Positions 9,087-18,717 of a DNA stretch of 64,000 nt are shown piece after piece; positions within the stretch are counted from its first letter, which is position 1, and every line of letters begins with the position of its first letter. The notes beneath the pieces were generated by a model. That model ran no database searches and was not told the DNA's origin. It saw only the letters and a list, made by a program, of their open reading frames with translations. The translations under genes and the position numbers were made by a program. Source of the stretch: Hyalangium minutum (GTDB lineage Bacteria; Myxococcota; Myxococcia; Myxococcales; Myxococcaceae); contig NZ_JMCB01000014.1 of NCBI RefSeq assembly GCF_000737315.1, positions 248,001 through 312,000 of the forward strand, read 5' to 3'.

Positions 9087-10022
9087 ATGGTCTTGCGAAA
9101 GCGTGGGTTGCTGCCGACGAACCGCGTGGTGAGAAGCACCCTGTACCGCCTGCTGCTTGCCGCGCCCGCGCTCCCATTGACGGCCTGCGGGCCGACCGAC
9201 GACTGCGGAGGGCCAGCTCCCCGCATCATCGACAGCGTCGAGCGCAATCCGGATGGAACCACGAACTGCAGCAAATGCCCCAAGAGCTCCGCTGGAACCA
9301 CCGCGATCGCCTGTTGGGCGATCTCCGACGATGGGCGAATGAAGACCCAGTGCGACTACTACTCGTGTTCCAACGATGGCCGCCGGCCGGAGGGGCTGCG
9401 AGAGGCACAGCAGCACGAGCCAGGATGTGAGCTTGGCGCGCTCTATGCCCATGTCGCCTGGCTGGAAGCGGCTTCGGTCCCAGCCTTCCTCCGGCTTGCC
9501 GACGAGCTGCTCGCGCATGGCGCCCCGGAGGCCCTGGTGAGCGCGGCACGGCGCTCGGCCCAGGACGAGGTGCGCCACACTCGCATCATGCAGGCCCTGG
9601 CGCACCGCCACGGAGCGAGCATGCCCGAGGTGGACATTCCGCCCTTCCAGCCCCGCTCCCTGGAGGCCATGTGCGCGGAGAATGCGGTCGAAGGCTGCGT
9701 ACGCGAGACTTTCGGCGCGCTGGTCACCGGCTGGCAGGCGCGCACCGCGGGTGACGCGGAGGTACGCCGCGCGTTGGGCTCCATCTCGCGAGACGAGCTG
9801 CGCCACGCTGAGCTGGCTTGGGCCGTGGATGCCTGGGCTGCGGAGCGCCTCACCCCGCCGGAGCGTGAGCGAATCCTCCAGCTTCGCCGGGAGACGCTGC
9901 GCGCGCTGGAGCATGAAGTGGGCAGCCAGCCTCCGCCCGAGCACTTCGTGCGCGAGGCAGGAGTCCCCTCCCGTGACCAAGCGCTGAGCCTGCTTCAGGG
10001 ACTGGCGGCGCTCGTCGCGTAG
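9087..10022 (+). CDS. Ferritin-like domain lipoprotein (myxobacterial type)
   Basis: Lipobox LTAC, Cys-rich N-term, DGRRPEGL, then LEAASVPAF, DEVRH, ENAVEGCVRETFGA and DELRH di-iron-type motifs. Confidence 0.8.
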   Translation: MVLRKRGLLPTNRVVRSTLYRLLLAAPALPLTACGPTDDCGGPAPRIIDSVERNPDGTTNCSKCPKSSAGTTAIACWAISDDGRMKTQCDYYSCSNDGRRPEGLREAQQHEPGCELGALYAHVAWLEAASVPAFLRLADELLAHGAPEALVSAARRSAQDEVRHTRIMQALAHRHGASMPEVDIPPFQPRSLEAMCAENAVEGCVRETFGALVTGWQARTAGDAEVRRALGSISRDELRHAELAWAVDAWAAERLTPPERERILQLRRETLRALEHEVGSQPPPEHFVREAGVPSRDQALSLLQGLAALVA

Positions 10023-10248
10023 CCGCGCCAGCCCTCCATGTGCCCCTCTGGCGTCTCTGCCCCAGAGCGGCGCCCCGAGGTGAGCCTCGGCGGTTTGTGG
10101 TGCGCGCCAAAGTCCCGAGCTTGCTGCCTCTGCGCCTCGTCGCAGTGCCGTCCACGTGGCTCTCGGGTTCCCACCGCCCGGAGATCTCGAAGGGGCCTCT
10201 GCGGGGATCTCGTATTGGTTTCCCTCAGCGCATCCCGAGGAGACACCT

Positions 10249-10683
10249 CTACTTGCCCGCTCGCTTCTCGATCTCGGCGCGCAGGCGGTCCTCTTGCGCG
10301 CGGAGCTCGGGGGTGAACTCCTCGCCGAAGTCGTCCGCTTCGAAGACAGGACGGATCTCGAGCTCGGCGTCCTCGCCCGGCATCGGATCAGGACAGCGGC
10401 GAGCCCACTCAACCGCCTCCTCCATCGACTTGACCTGCCAGAGCCAGAAGCCCGCGATGAGCTCCTTGGTCTCGGCGAACGGTCCATCGACCACGGTGCG
10501 CTTGCCCCCCGAGAACTGGATCCGCTTGCCCTTGGAGCTGGGATGCAAACCTTCTCCGGCGAGCATGATGCCGGCCTTGACCAGCTCCTCGTTGTACTTG
10601 CCCATCTCCGCGTGGAGCTTCTCGCTCGGCATGACGTTCGCTTCCGAGTTCTTCGTCGCCTTCACAACCACCATGACCCTCAT
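10249..10683 (-). CDS. YciI/DGPF family protein
   Basis: VVDGPFAETKELIAGFWLWQVKSMEEAVEWARRCP signature. Confidence 0.9.
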   Translation of the reverse strand: MRVMVVVKATKNSEANVMPSEKLHAEMGKYNEELVKAGIMLAGEGLHPSSKGKRIQFSGGKRTVVDGPFAETKELIAGFWLWQVKSMEEAVEWARRCPDPMPGEDAELEIRPVFEADDFGEEFTPELRAQEDRLRAEIEKRAGK

Positions 10684-10856
10684 CGTTCTCTCCCGGGTTC
10701 GAGCTCGGCGTCATGCCTCGCTTCTAAAATGGCGTCGAATCAGCCCAGACCGGATCGACACGCGCTCCATTTTTTTTGCCGTCGCCTGACGTTTTCAGTG
10801 AAACGCCTGCATTTTCAATACGTTACACCCCTAGGAAATCCAGAGGAGAACCCTTC

Positions 10857-12152
10857 ATGAGAGCCACCCCTCCGAAAGCCATCCCTCCCCGTCTCTGGCC
10901 GGAGGCGATGACCCGCCGGCGCCTCTTCGGCTTCATGGCCGCCGCGTGCCTCGCCGCCGGACTGAGCGCCTGCGACGATGACGACGACGCTGCACGGCAG
11001 CTGCAGGCCACATGGACGGCCTCGCCGCAGGACTACGCCGAGACTCTTCCCATCCTGGGAGCGCCGCCGCCGGAGCCGCAATCGTTCCAGGACCAATCGA
11101 TACGCCATGTGATGAGGGCATCGGCCGGCGGGGATACAGTCCGGGTGAGGGTGTCGAACCTCTTCGGCGACGATCCGGTCACCCTGGGCGGGGTGCACAT
11201 CGCCCGCAGCATGGGCGGCGCCTCCATCCAGGCCACCACGGACACCGTCCTGCGCTTCAACGGTCAGGAGTCCGTGACGGTTCCTGCGGGCCAGGAGGCC
11301 TGGAGTGACGAGACGCGCTTCTCGCTCCCACCCCAGACGGACGTGGCAGTCACCGTGTACGTGCCCCAGAAGACGCCCGTGGCGACCCTGCACTCACAGG
11401 GGCAGCAGACCAGCTCGGTCGCGGCCGGAAACGCCCTCGGAAGCGAGACCTTCACCCCGACGGAGACTCGGCAGTCGTACTACTGGGTGACCGGCATCGA
11501 CGTGCGCACCGACGATGCCCGCGGAGTCATCGTCGCCTTCGGGGATTCCATCACCGATGGAGCGGCGTCGACCGTGGATGCGGTCAACCGCTACCCCGAC
11601 TTCCTTGCGCGTCGCATCGCGGCCGACCCGGCGATGAAAGGGTTCAGCGTGGTCAACCACGGGATTGGGGGCAACCGGGTGCTCAACGACGTCAGCGGGC
11701 CTCGGGGAGTGGACCGCTTCCAGCGTGACGTGCTGGGAACAACGGGCGTCACCCACGCCATCATCCTGCTGGGCATCAACGACATCGGCTTCGGAGCCTT
11801 CGTGCCGGAGCAGGCGGTGACGGCCGACCAAATCACCGCCGGCCTCCAGACGATGGTGAACCAGGCGAAGGCACGCAACGTCAAGGTGTTCCTGGGCACC
11901 CTCCTCCCGTTCAAGGGCGCCTTTCCGCCGTACTACAGCCAGGAGACGGATGCCAAACGGCTGGCGGTGAATGCCTGGATTCGCGCGAACACCGCACAGG
12001 CCCAAGGCATCATCGACTTCGAAGCGGCCACCCGTGACCCAGCCGACCCGCTCCAACTGCGCGCGGAGTACGACAGCGGCGACCACCTGCACCCCAACGA
12101 TACCGGCTACGAGGCGATGGCCCAGGCCATCGAGCTCGCCTTGTTCCGGTAG
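10857..12152 (+). CDS. Secreted (Tat/lipoprotein) SGNH/GDSL hydrolase
   Basis: TRRRLFGF twin-arginine motif and LSAC lipobox. Catalytic blocks FGDSITDG, GIGGNR, GIND, DHLHP. GAGGAG RBS upstream. Confidence 0.9.
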   Translation: MRATPPKAIPPRLWPEAMTRRRLFGFMAAACLAAGLSACDDDDDAARQLQATWTASPQDYAETLPILGAPPPEPQSFQDQSIRHVMRASAGGDTVRVRVSNLFGDDPVTLGGVHIARSMGGASIQATTDTVLRFNGQESVTVPAGQEAWSDETRFSLPPQTDVAVTVYVPQKTPVATLHSQGQQTSSVAAGNALGSETFTPTETRQSYYWVTGIDVRTDDARGVIVAFGDSITDGAASTVDAVNRYPDFLARRIAADPAMKGFSVVNHGIGGNRVLNDVSGPRGVDRFQRDVLGTTGVTHAIILLGINDIGFGAFVPEQAVTADQITAGLQTMVNQAKARNVKVFLGTLLPFKGAFPPYYSQETDAKRLAVNAWIRANTAQAQGIIDFEAATRDPADPLQLRAEYDSGDHLHPNDTGYEAMAQAIELALFR

Positions 12153-12334
12153 CGCAGCTCACGAGGGGACTTCACCCGCCTAACACATACATACAAGGTG
12201 TCGCGCACCCACTCCTCGGCCTTTGCGGCCATGGCCCCGAAGCTACTACGGTGGTGTCGAGCCGGTACGTGGGGCATGGGGCGCCGTGAGCGCGCGCCCA
12301 GCCTGGTGGAATCACGCTCCTGAAGGCTCTGGGG

Positions 12335-13195
12335 TTAGTAGTTGAAGGCCACCGTCCCGCTGCAGAGCCCGGTGCCGTAGCACCCAGCGCGCACCACGTA
12401 CGTGCCCGTCACCGGCACGATGACGGAGAAGTTGGACAAAATGCCACAAGCGCCTTGCGAGTCGTCATTGGAGGCAATCTCCTGCCCGGACGGATTGAAC
12501 AACCGCAGGTACGTGTCTCCGGTGCCGGTGGAACCCGGCACTCCGCAGGTACCGAGGGTGAAGAGCTGGCCGGCGTACAGGTTGATCACGTAGTTGTAGG
12601 TGTTGGCCGTGGCGGAGGAGGTGTTCGAGGTGCTGTAGGAGAAGCTGCCGCGGTTGGCCGTGGGCTCCGGCCGGCGCTCGCAGATGAAGGAAAAGGTCTC
12701 GTCACACCGGAAGTCATTCCACTCCTCACTTTGGATGTTCTGGCTCGGGTTGGTGTACCGATCCACGGCGCAGTCCTCTTGCTGCAGGTAGTCATCGGGC
12801 TGGCCGGGGTACCAGTGGGTGTACGTGGACACGCCGTTGGCCCAGGCCCAAAGCCCCTCGAAGCCCTGATCCGTGTAGCCGATCCACACGTTGCGCATGT
12901 TGCGAGCCGCCTCCTGGGTCTGAAGGAAAGCCTCCTCGGCGCTGTCATCGATGGTGACCAGGTCATAGCCCTGAATGAGGCAGGCGCTGCGTGCCTCATT
13001 CCAGGTCTTGGGCGTGGTGACGAACAGGTAGTCGCCCCCGTTGTAGCTGATAGCCTGCTCGGTGGTGCCCAGTTTCACTTCCTCCTCGAACCCGGCCTCC
13101 AGTGGCGCTCCTCCACAGCCCACCAGGGGCGAGACCGTGAGGGCCAGCGTGCACAGCAGGGAGAAAGGCTTCTTGATGAGAGAGAACAACGGCAT
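12335..13195 (-). CDS. Lipoprotein with C-type lectin domain and C-terminal PPC-like domain
   Basis: LVGC lipobox; KTWNEARSAC...LVTIDD..E..FL, WIGYTD, W.PGQPDD...EDC, WND..C...FSFICE; then GDTYLRLF...ASNDD. GGAGG RBS upstream. Confidence 0.85.
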   Translation of the reverse strand: MPLFSLIKKPFSLLCTLALTVSPLVGCGGAPLEAGFEEEVKLGTTEQAISYNGGDYLFVTTPKTWNEARSACLIQGYDLVTIDDSAEEAFLQTQEAARNMRNVWIGYTDQGFEGLWAWANGVSTYTHWYPGQPDDYLQQEDCAVDRYTNPSQNIQSEEWNDFRCDETFSFICERRPEPTANRGSFSYSTSNTSSATANTYNYVINLYAGQLFTLGTCGVPGSTGTGDTYLRLFNPSGQEIASNDDSQGACGILSNFSVIVPVTGTYVVRAGCYGTGLCSGTVAFNY

Positions 13196-13555
13196 GGCAG
13201 TACCTCCTGTGTTTAAGAGCACCGTCAGTGGCGCCCTTGATGGAGCACACAGTGCCAGCCAGCGCGATGTGGCTCAGTGAGCCCGCCCACGCGAAAACGG
13301 TGAAACCGCTCACACCTGAGACTGGGCAAGCGCAGGCGGCCACGTCTCCTGCAGCCCAGCATTCTCACCGGACTCCAGTCCGCCCTGGGCGCTATCCTCC
13401 TGGCCACACCGGTGAAGGACAACCTCTCCACGCCATGAACACGAGAGCATGCTCATGAAGCCAGAACTGTTCGAGAAGATTGCTGACTCGCTGACCGCGT
13501 CCGCCAGACGACGATTCAATATCAGCTGATCCGACTATTTCGCGGCCTGTGGATT

Positions 13556-14101
13556 GTGTTTGAAAAGACGGGCACGAATTGGCGTGGGCTGATCAATGAC
13601 CTGCCAACGATGTTCGATGGGTTCAAACCAAGGCATCCTGAACTCGATGAAGAGAACCCAGAGGTGGTTCATAGGACCGCCAGGAAGTACGCCTTCTATG
13701 GCCGTCTATGGCTGGAGGAGCGTGGTCAGACCCAAAGCGACTGGGCGCATTTCAACAAGCTATCCCGATTGAAGGAGTTCGTTTCCATTGAAGGGACGGG
13801 AACCGGGATCGTCGTCGATTTCCATGATGAGAAGAAGCAGTATGCCCTGTGTTATTTCGATGGCAGGGCCAATCACCTGTTTCCCTTGAACCTCACCTTG
13901 GGGAAGTTCCTTGCCAGCTTCCTCTACTTCGACACGAGCCATGGTTGGTACTGCGCGTTTCTTTCGAAGCGGGATTTTCGGAAGTCCGGAGCGAGCGCAA
14001 AGGAGATCATCAAAGGCGGGAAGAAGGACTATGGCCGATGGGAGGTGTACGACAAGCCGATAGCGGATCTGTCGCGAAGGCTGAGCGCGCTCGAGGAATG
14101 A
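13556..14101 (+). CDS. Hypothetical protein of atypical (lower GC) composition; possibly SUKH/SMI1-like immunity protein
   Basis: 181-aa ORF from GTG with many A/T-ending codons. The C-terminal half (IVVDF...LCYFD...LFPLNLTLGKFL) loosely resembles SUKH folds. Family assignment is weak. Confidence 0.5.
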   Translation: MFEKTGTNWRGLINDLPTMFDGFKPRHPELDEENPEVVHRTARKYAFYGRLWLEERGQTQSDWAHFNKLSRLKEFVSIEGTGTGIVVDFHDEKKQYALCYFDGRANHLFPLNLTLGKFLASFLYFDTSHGWYCAFLSKRDFRKSGASAKEIIKGGKKDYGRWEVYDKPIADLSRRLSALEE

Positions 14102-14154
14102 CCGTATCCGAGTACGGGAACCGTTCGCGGCATTGAAATACAGGGTTGGGCCAC

Positions 14155-14265
14155 GCATAGGTGGAATAGAGGCCATGTTGAGGGCGAGGACTGGAGAGGA
14201 GGGGCCGAGGAGGGCAGCGGACAGGAGCGCAATCCCAGGTGCTCCAGAATCGATCGTACCCCGTG
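14155..14265 (-). mobile_element. IS91-like (rolling-circle) element 3' remnant: end of transposase plus oriIS-like terminus
   Basis: cccaggtgctccagaatcg (14234-14252) is identical to 52343-52361 (ILEHLG). 14155-14210 also aligns with 52079-52135 (gcatagg/gtatagg...atagaggccatgt.gaggg.gagg.ctggag). Confidence 0.65.
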
Positions 14266-14730
14266 GGGGCCTCGAGCACCGCCACGTCCATCACACCCTT
14301 GGACCGAAGCGCCTGGACCAGGGCGGCCAGCGCTTCCGGTGTGACGATCATGGAGGGATCGCCGTGGTGCACTCCGAGCATGAAGGACGTCTTCACCGCG
14401 GCCTCCGCTTCCCAGGAGGTGGCGCGCCTCCGCGGTCCTCTGATTCCAGGGCAGGAAACCCGGGTGAATCGCTCCAATCCTCCCGGCGAGCGCCTCGACG
14501 CTGAGGCCCTCTCTCAGACGATCATCGGCCGTGAGGGCGTCTGCCAACAACGCGAACAACTTCTCGTGCTGGACCTCGTCCTCGTGGACTCGCTCGAAGA
14601 GTTCGACACTGCCTGCTTCGATGCGGGCCTGCCGCCCCAGCGTCGCGAGCCGCTCCCAGGGGAGCGCGGCGGTCTTCTCCGCGTCGACATTGAACGCGTG
14701 AAAGGTTCGCCCGCAGCGGTACCGCAAACT
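14266..14730 (-). pseudogene. Fragmented ferritin-like/DUF362-type gene
   Basis: One frame gives ERVHEDEVQHEKLFALLADAL; another gives KTSFMLGVHHGDPSMIVTPEALAALVQALRSKGVMDVAVLEAP. No intact start or stop; fused to the IS91-like remnant. Confidence 0.5.
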
Positions 14731-14872
14731 CCATGCTCAGCTGTGGGCAGCCAAACGTTCAGGAAAGATGCAGGAAGACCTGTGGTCTCTGCGAGGATTA
14801 AGAGTGGAAACGATTCTCCAGAAACGCGGGCTTTCGATCGCGGGGACCGCGGGAAAGCCCCTCAACCTGAGA

Positions 14873-16183
14873 CTATTGCCCCAGAGCAGAGGCCTGGGTG
14901 CTGGAGGGGAGCTCGTTTCGGACCACGAGCCCTCCCTTCATCACGAACCGGACGCGCTGCAGCTCCGTCACATCCTCAAGCGGGGAGCCCGAGACGGCGA
15001 TCAGATCGGCGTACCTGCCCGGCTCCAGCGTGCCCACGTGTTCCTGGAGCCCGAGCAGCTCCGCGGCCCGCGAGGTGGCCGACCGGATCGCCTCGATGGG
15101 CGGGAGCCCGGCGCGCTGGAGCGCCACCACCTCCCAGGCGTTGCTCCCCTGGCCTGATGCCGAGCTTGCGTCGAAGCCGCTGACGATCTTCACGCCGAGC
15201 TTGTGCGCGAGCGCCACCTCTTTGCGCAGGGCCTGAAGCGTCTTGTCGCGGAACTGCCGCGCCTGGTCATTGGGAGCGTCCACCAAAGACAGCTCGAAGT
15301 AGCCAATGGTCGGGACGAGAAAGACTCCCTGCTTCTTCATCAGCTCCAGGGTGGCGCGATCCGCCTCATGCCCGTGTTCGATCGAGTCCACGCCGGCTGC
15401 CAGGGCGTTGCGGATGGCTTCGCTCGTCACGGCGTGGGCAGCCACCTTGCGGCCGGCCTTGTGCGCCTCCTCGACGACGGGGCGCATCTCGTCGACGGTG
15501 AGCGTGGGATGGTGCCAGTCCGCGTAGAGCTTGAGGAGATCGGCGCCATGGCCCAGCTGCTCCCGTGCCGCGCGGCGCGCCTCCTCGGCGCCACTGATGA
15601 GCTGCGCGCCGGTGGGGGGATCCTTGAGGTCGGGTGAGAGGCCGTTCGGATAGTAGGTGCCCACCGCGCCAATCCCTCGGGTGGACACCAGCATCCTGGG
15701 CCCTTCCACCAGCCCCTGGCGGATGGCATCTCGCAACGCGACATCCGCGTAGAAGGCCCCCTCGCTCTCGACATCCCGGACGGTGGTGAAGCCGGCGCGC
15801 AGCGTGGCCCGGGCGTTCGCCGCACCCTCCAGCGCACGAAACGCCTGGGACTTGGTGATCAGGTCCAGGGCATAGCCCTCGGGTGTCTCGGGCATCCGCG
15901 CCATCAGGTGCGTGTGGCCGTCAATCAGCCCCGGCAGCACGGTGGCTGCGCCGAGGTCGATCACCTCCGCCCCTTCAGGAACCGGCAGGCCGGGCCCCAC
16001 CGCCGAGATCCGCTCGTTCTCGATCACGATGACCGGGTTCTCGAGGAAGGTGCCGGCGCGGACATCGAGCAGCCGGGCCGCGCGGACGACCCGCGTCTTC
16101 TTGGGAGCGCTCTGCGGAACGGGCTGGGCCGCCGCGCTCCCGGCCAGGAGGAGCAACGACAACACCGTGACGAACTGGCTCAT
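14873..16183 (-). CDS. Secreted metal-dependent amidohydrolase (Xaa-Pro dipeptidase-like)
   Basis: Signal peptide; DLGAATVLPGLIDGHTH, KVAAHA, DSIEHG, GTLEPGRYADLIAV. GGAGG RBS upstream. Confidence 0.9.
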   Translation of the reverse strand: MSQFVTVLSLLLLAGSAAAQPVPQSAPKKTRVVRAARLLDVRAGTFLENPVIVIENERISAVGPGLPVPEGAEVIDLGAATVLPGLIDGHTHLMARMPETPEGYALDLITKSQAFRALEGAANARATLRAGFTTVRDVESEGAFYADVALRDAIRQGLVEGPRMLVSTRGIGAVGTYYPNGLSPDLKDPPTGAQLISGAEEARRAAREQLGHGADLLKLYADWHHPTLTVDEMRPVVEEAHKAGRKVAAHAVTSEAIRNALAAGVDSIEHGHEADRATLELMKKQGVFLVPTIGYFELSLVDAPNDQARQFRDKTLQALRKEVALAHKLGVKIVSGFDASSASGQGSNAWEVVALQRAGLPPIEAIRSATSRAAELLGLQEHVGTLEPGRYADLIAVSGSPLEDVTELQRVRFVMKGGLVVRNELPSSTQASALGQ

Positions 16184-16202
16184 GAGACCTCCGAGAGTGC
16201 GC

Positions 16203-16231
16203 TTGACACACTATTCACCGACAACAACAAT
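16203..16231 (+). promoter_or_regulatory. Sigma70-type promoter (TTGACA-N17-AACAAT), predicted leaderless start at ATG 16238
   Basis: TTGACA at 16203-16208, 17-bp spacer, AACAAT at 16226-16231. The ATG is 7 nt downstream with no SD sequence. Confidence 0.6.
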
Positions 16232-16237
16232 GAAAGC

Positions 16238-16813
16238 ATGAAAACGGTCAATGGCAACAAGAATAAGCTGTCACCCGCGCAGCGTGAAGAGCTGCTCGGA
16301 GCATTGAAAGCCCGTTTCGAGAAGAACATGAAGCGCCACAAAGGTCTTGAATGGGCCAAAGTCCAAGCAAGGCTGGAAGCCAATCCTGGGAAGCTGTGGT
16401 CACTCCATGAAATGGAGAGGACGGGGGGCGAACCGGATGTCGTGGGCTATGACAAGAAGACGGGCGAGTGCATCTTCTATGATTGTTCGGAGGAGAGCCC
16501 CAAAGGCCGCAGAAGTGTTTGTTACGACCGTGAAAGTCTGGACTCCAGGAAGGAACACAAACCCGAAAACAACGCCATGAACATGGCAGCTGCCATGGGC
16601 ATTGAGCTTCTAACGGAAGAGCAATATCGGGAATTGCAGCAGCTTGGAGAGTTCGACACGAAGACGTCGAGCTGGGTGCAAACACCCCCTGAGATTAGAA
16701 AGCTCGGCGGTGCTCTCTTCTGTGATCGCCGCTATGACACTGTCTTCGTGTATCACAACGGCGCCCCCTCTTATTATGCCGCCAGGGGGTTCCGAGGCTC
16801 GCTCAAGATCTAA
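16238..16813 (+). CDS. DUF4256 domain protein
   Basis: LKARFEKNMKRH.GLEW..V..RL, MERTGGEPDVV, ESPKGRRSVCYD, TKTSSWV.TP..IRKLGGALFCDRRY..VFVYHNGA.SYYAARGFRG. Lower GC than the flanks. Confidence 0.9.
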   Translation: MKTVNGNKNKLSPAQREELLGALKARFEKNMKRHKGLEWAKVQARLEANPGKLWSLHEMERTGGEPDVVGYDKKTGECIFYDCSEESPKGRRSVCYDRESLDSRKEHKPENNAMNMAAAMGIELLTEEQYRELQQLGEFDTKTSSWVQTPPEIRKLGGALFCDRRYDTVFVYHNGAPSYYAARGFRGSLKI

Positions 16814-16839
16814 ACGCGGAGGAGGGGACGGAGCGGCCC

Positions 16840-17169
16840 TCAACTTCCCCAGATCTCACCCCTGGGACTCGCCGCGACGCGGACAACGGCCTCACAGAAG
16901 GCCACCGCGGCGGCTTCGCAGGACTCCAGCGAGCCCGTGAGCCAAGCGGACGCGAAGTTCGTCTCCGAGGGGGGCGGGAAGATCTTCACCACGCTCACGT
17001 CCGCCTCCTTCAGCGCCATGGCGAAGCCGATGGTGGCCTCCATGGGCGGCGCCACCAGGTAGGCCATGGGAGCGCCCACGGAGAGCCCCGCCGCGGCGCT
17101 CAGGTAGTGGCCCAGCGAGGCGATCACGTGCGGAAAGACAGCGGTCTTCTTCGCCTCGTCCGCGTCCAC
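16840..17169 (-). pseudogene. eutL: C-terminal half of ethanolamine microcompartment shell protein EutL (5'-truncated)
   Basis: [15 protein letters not shown]...[22 protein letters not shown]......[28 protein letters not shown] matches the EutL second BMC domain. The 5' half is replaced by transposase sequence. Confidence 0.75.
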
Positions 17170-17400
17170 TGCCGGTAGGGCACGTGCGGCAGCACCTGCT
17201 CCACCAGGTGCACTGTTCGCTCGCCTCCTCCACCAGCGTGGCTAGGTTGTCCCTCGCCGCCTCGTACAGCACCGTCCCCTCCGGCCGCCTGCGCCGGTAC
17301 TCCCACCCGTGTTCCCCCACCTGCCCCTCCCCAGCCACACCTCGCTAGGGCACAGATTACGGGTGGGCTCCCACGGAACTTCGCCAAGCCCACCTTTGGA
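17160..17400 (-). mobile_element. IS91-like element 5' remnant (terIS-like hairpin plus internally deleted transposase N-terminus)
   Basis: [30 protein letters not shown] is joined to [15 protein letters not shown]. Inverted repeat GGTGGGCT/AGCCCACC at 17362-17394. Confidence 0.7.
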
Positions 17401-17416
17401 AGACAGTCCCCGGAGC

Positions 17417-18274
17417 TCAGATCCGGAAGAGGACCCGCACGCCGCCCATGAGCCAGAAGTGGAAGGCCTTGTTCGGGATCTCGCCGGACAGCCCCTCCTC
17501 CTCACCGGGCTCGCCACCGATACCGCCGAGATCGCCCAGATCGAGGCTCAGGTGCGAGTACTGCCCCACGGTGAAGTTTGCGTAGGGGCCCACCCACAAG
17601 GACTTGCCGATCCGGAAGTCGACGCCGCCCTGGAGGTTCGCGAACTCGAACCCGCGGAGACTCTGGCCGACCTTGAAGGTGATGCCTTCGATCTTCGACG
17701 AGACGTTGACGTTCAACATCTCGTACCCGATCCCCAGGCCCATCCAGGGGCTCAGCTTGCCCTCCGGCGTGAAGGAGTAAGCGGCATTGAGGCCGAACCG
17801 AAGCTGGCTGGCACTGCAGTCTGCGGGGGCGGGGCACTCCTGGCCGAACATCATCAGCCCGTACTGAAAGAAGCCGCCCACGTAGAGGCGGGAGTCGATG
17901 AAGTATCCGACGTCGAGCTGCGCTGGGAAGCCGCCGCTGACGAGGTCGCTCAGCGCGGGCGACACCTCTCCAGCGTCTTCCCCTAAGCCCAGCTTGCCGA
18001 AAGGCAACCCGAATCCGAGGCGCGCCCCGACGGCGACGCCTGAGCCCGCAGCGCCGTCTTCACCCTCGGACTCCGACGCTTCCTCCGCATCCGAAGACGT
18101 TGCGTCTTCCTCGCTCGTGCTCTTCTTCTTCGAGTCCTTCTCGTAATCGTCGTCGTAGCCGGAGGCCTTCTTGGGCTTGTTCCGGAACCCGTCGTTCCTG
18201 TTCCAGTCGGCCATCGCAGCAGAGGGGAGGAAGACGGACAGCGAGAGGAGAATCGAGAGGATGCGAGCGAGCAT
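17417..18274 (-). CDS. Outer-membrane beta-barrel protein (OmpA-like transmembrane barrel) with acidic linker
   Basis: Signal peptide, D/E/S-rich linker, amphipathic strands (GARLGFGLPFG, QLRFGLNAAYSF, WMGLGIGYE), terminal VRVLFRI. Confidence 0.75.
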   Translation of the reverse strand: MLARILSILLSLSVFLPSAAMADWNRNDGFRNKPKKASGYDDDYEKDSKKKSTSEEDATSSDAEEASESEGEDGAAGSGVAVGARLGFGLPFGKLGLGEDAGEVSPALSDLVSGGFPAQLDVGYFIDSRLYVGGFFQYGLMMFGQECPAPADCSASQLRFGLNAAYSFTPEGKLSPWMGLGIGYEMLNVNVSSKIEGITFKVGQSLRGFEFANLQGGVDFRIGKSLWVGPYANFTVGQYSHLSLDLGDLGGIGGEPGEEEGLSGEIPNKAFHFWLMGGVRVLFRI

Positions 18275-18411
18275 GGATGTACCTTCCCCGGAGGAAGGCC
18301 GGGATGGGTGCGAGCAGCCGGTGAGGACGGGCTCGGAGAGGGTGGCTGCGAGGGCCCGTGCCGCCAGGGACGGTCAGTCCGGGCCCTTATTCATTCGGGC
18401 GGTCAAAGGAT

Positions 18412-18717
18412 TCATCCCTCTTCCTGGTCCAGGTACGTGCCATTGGTGGAGTTCAAGTCCCTCACGTGGAAGCATGCCTCGTGCCGGGTCACCTGCAGGT
18501 GGCGGCTGGAGACGAACCGGTCCTGGATGACCAGCGCGTTGCCAGGATCCGTCAAGTCTTCCAGCACCCAGCGCGCGCCCTCCTGCCTCAGCGCCGCGTG
18601 ATGGCGGCTCACGTGGGGATCCGGAATGACGATGTCATTGTCCTCGGCGCGGCCGAGCCCCGGCGAAAGAACACAAGCTCTGGCATGTTCAATCCTGTTG
18701 CTGCGCACTCTATCCAT
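18412..18717 (-). pseudogene. Fused FHA-domain fragments
   Basis: LGRAEDNDIVIPDPHVSRHHA...WVLEDL is joined to a second partial FHA, VSSRHLQV...VRDLNSTNGTYL. Confidence 0.6.

Noticed and set aside
16840-17169. Ethanolamine microcompartment locus
   Set aside because: Only a truncated eutL half is present; there are no eutB/eutC or other shell genes in the window.
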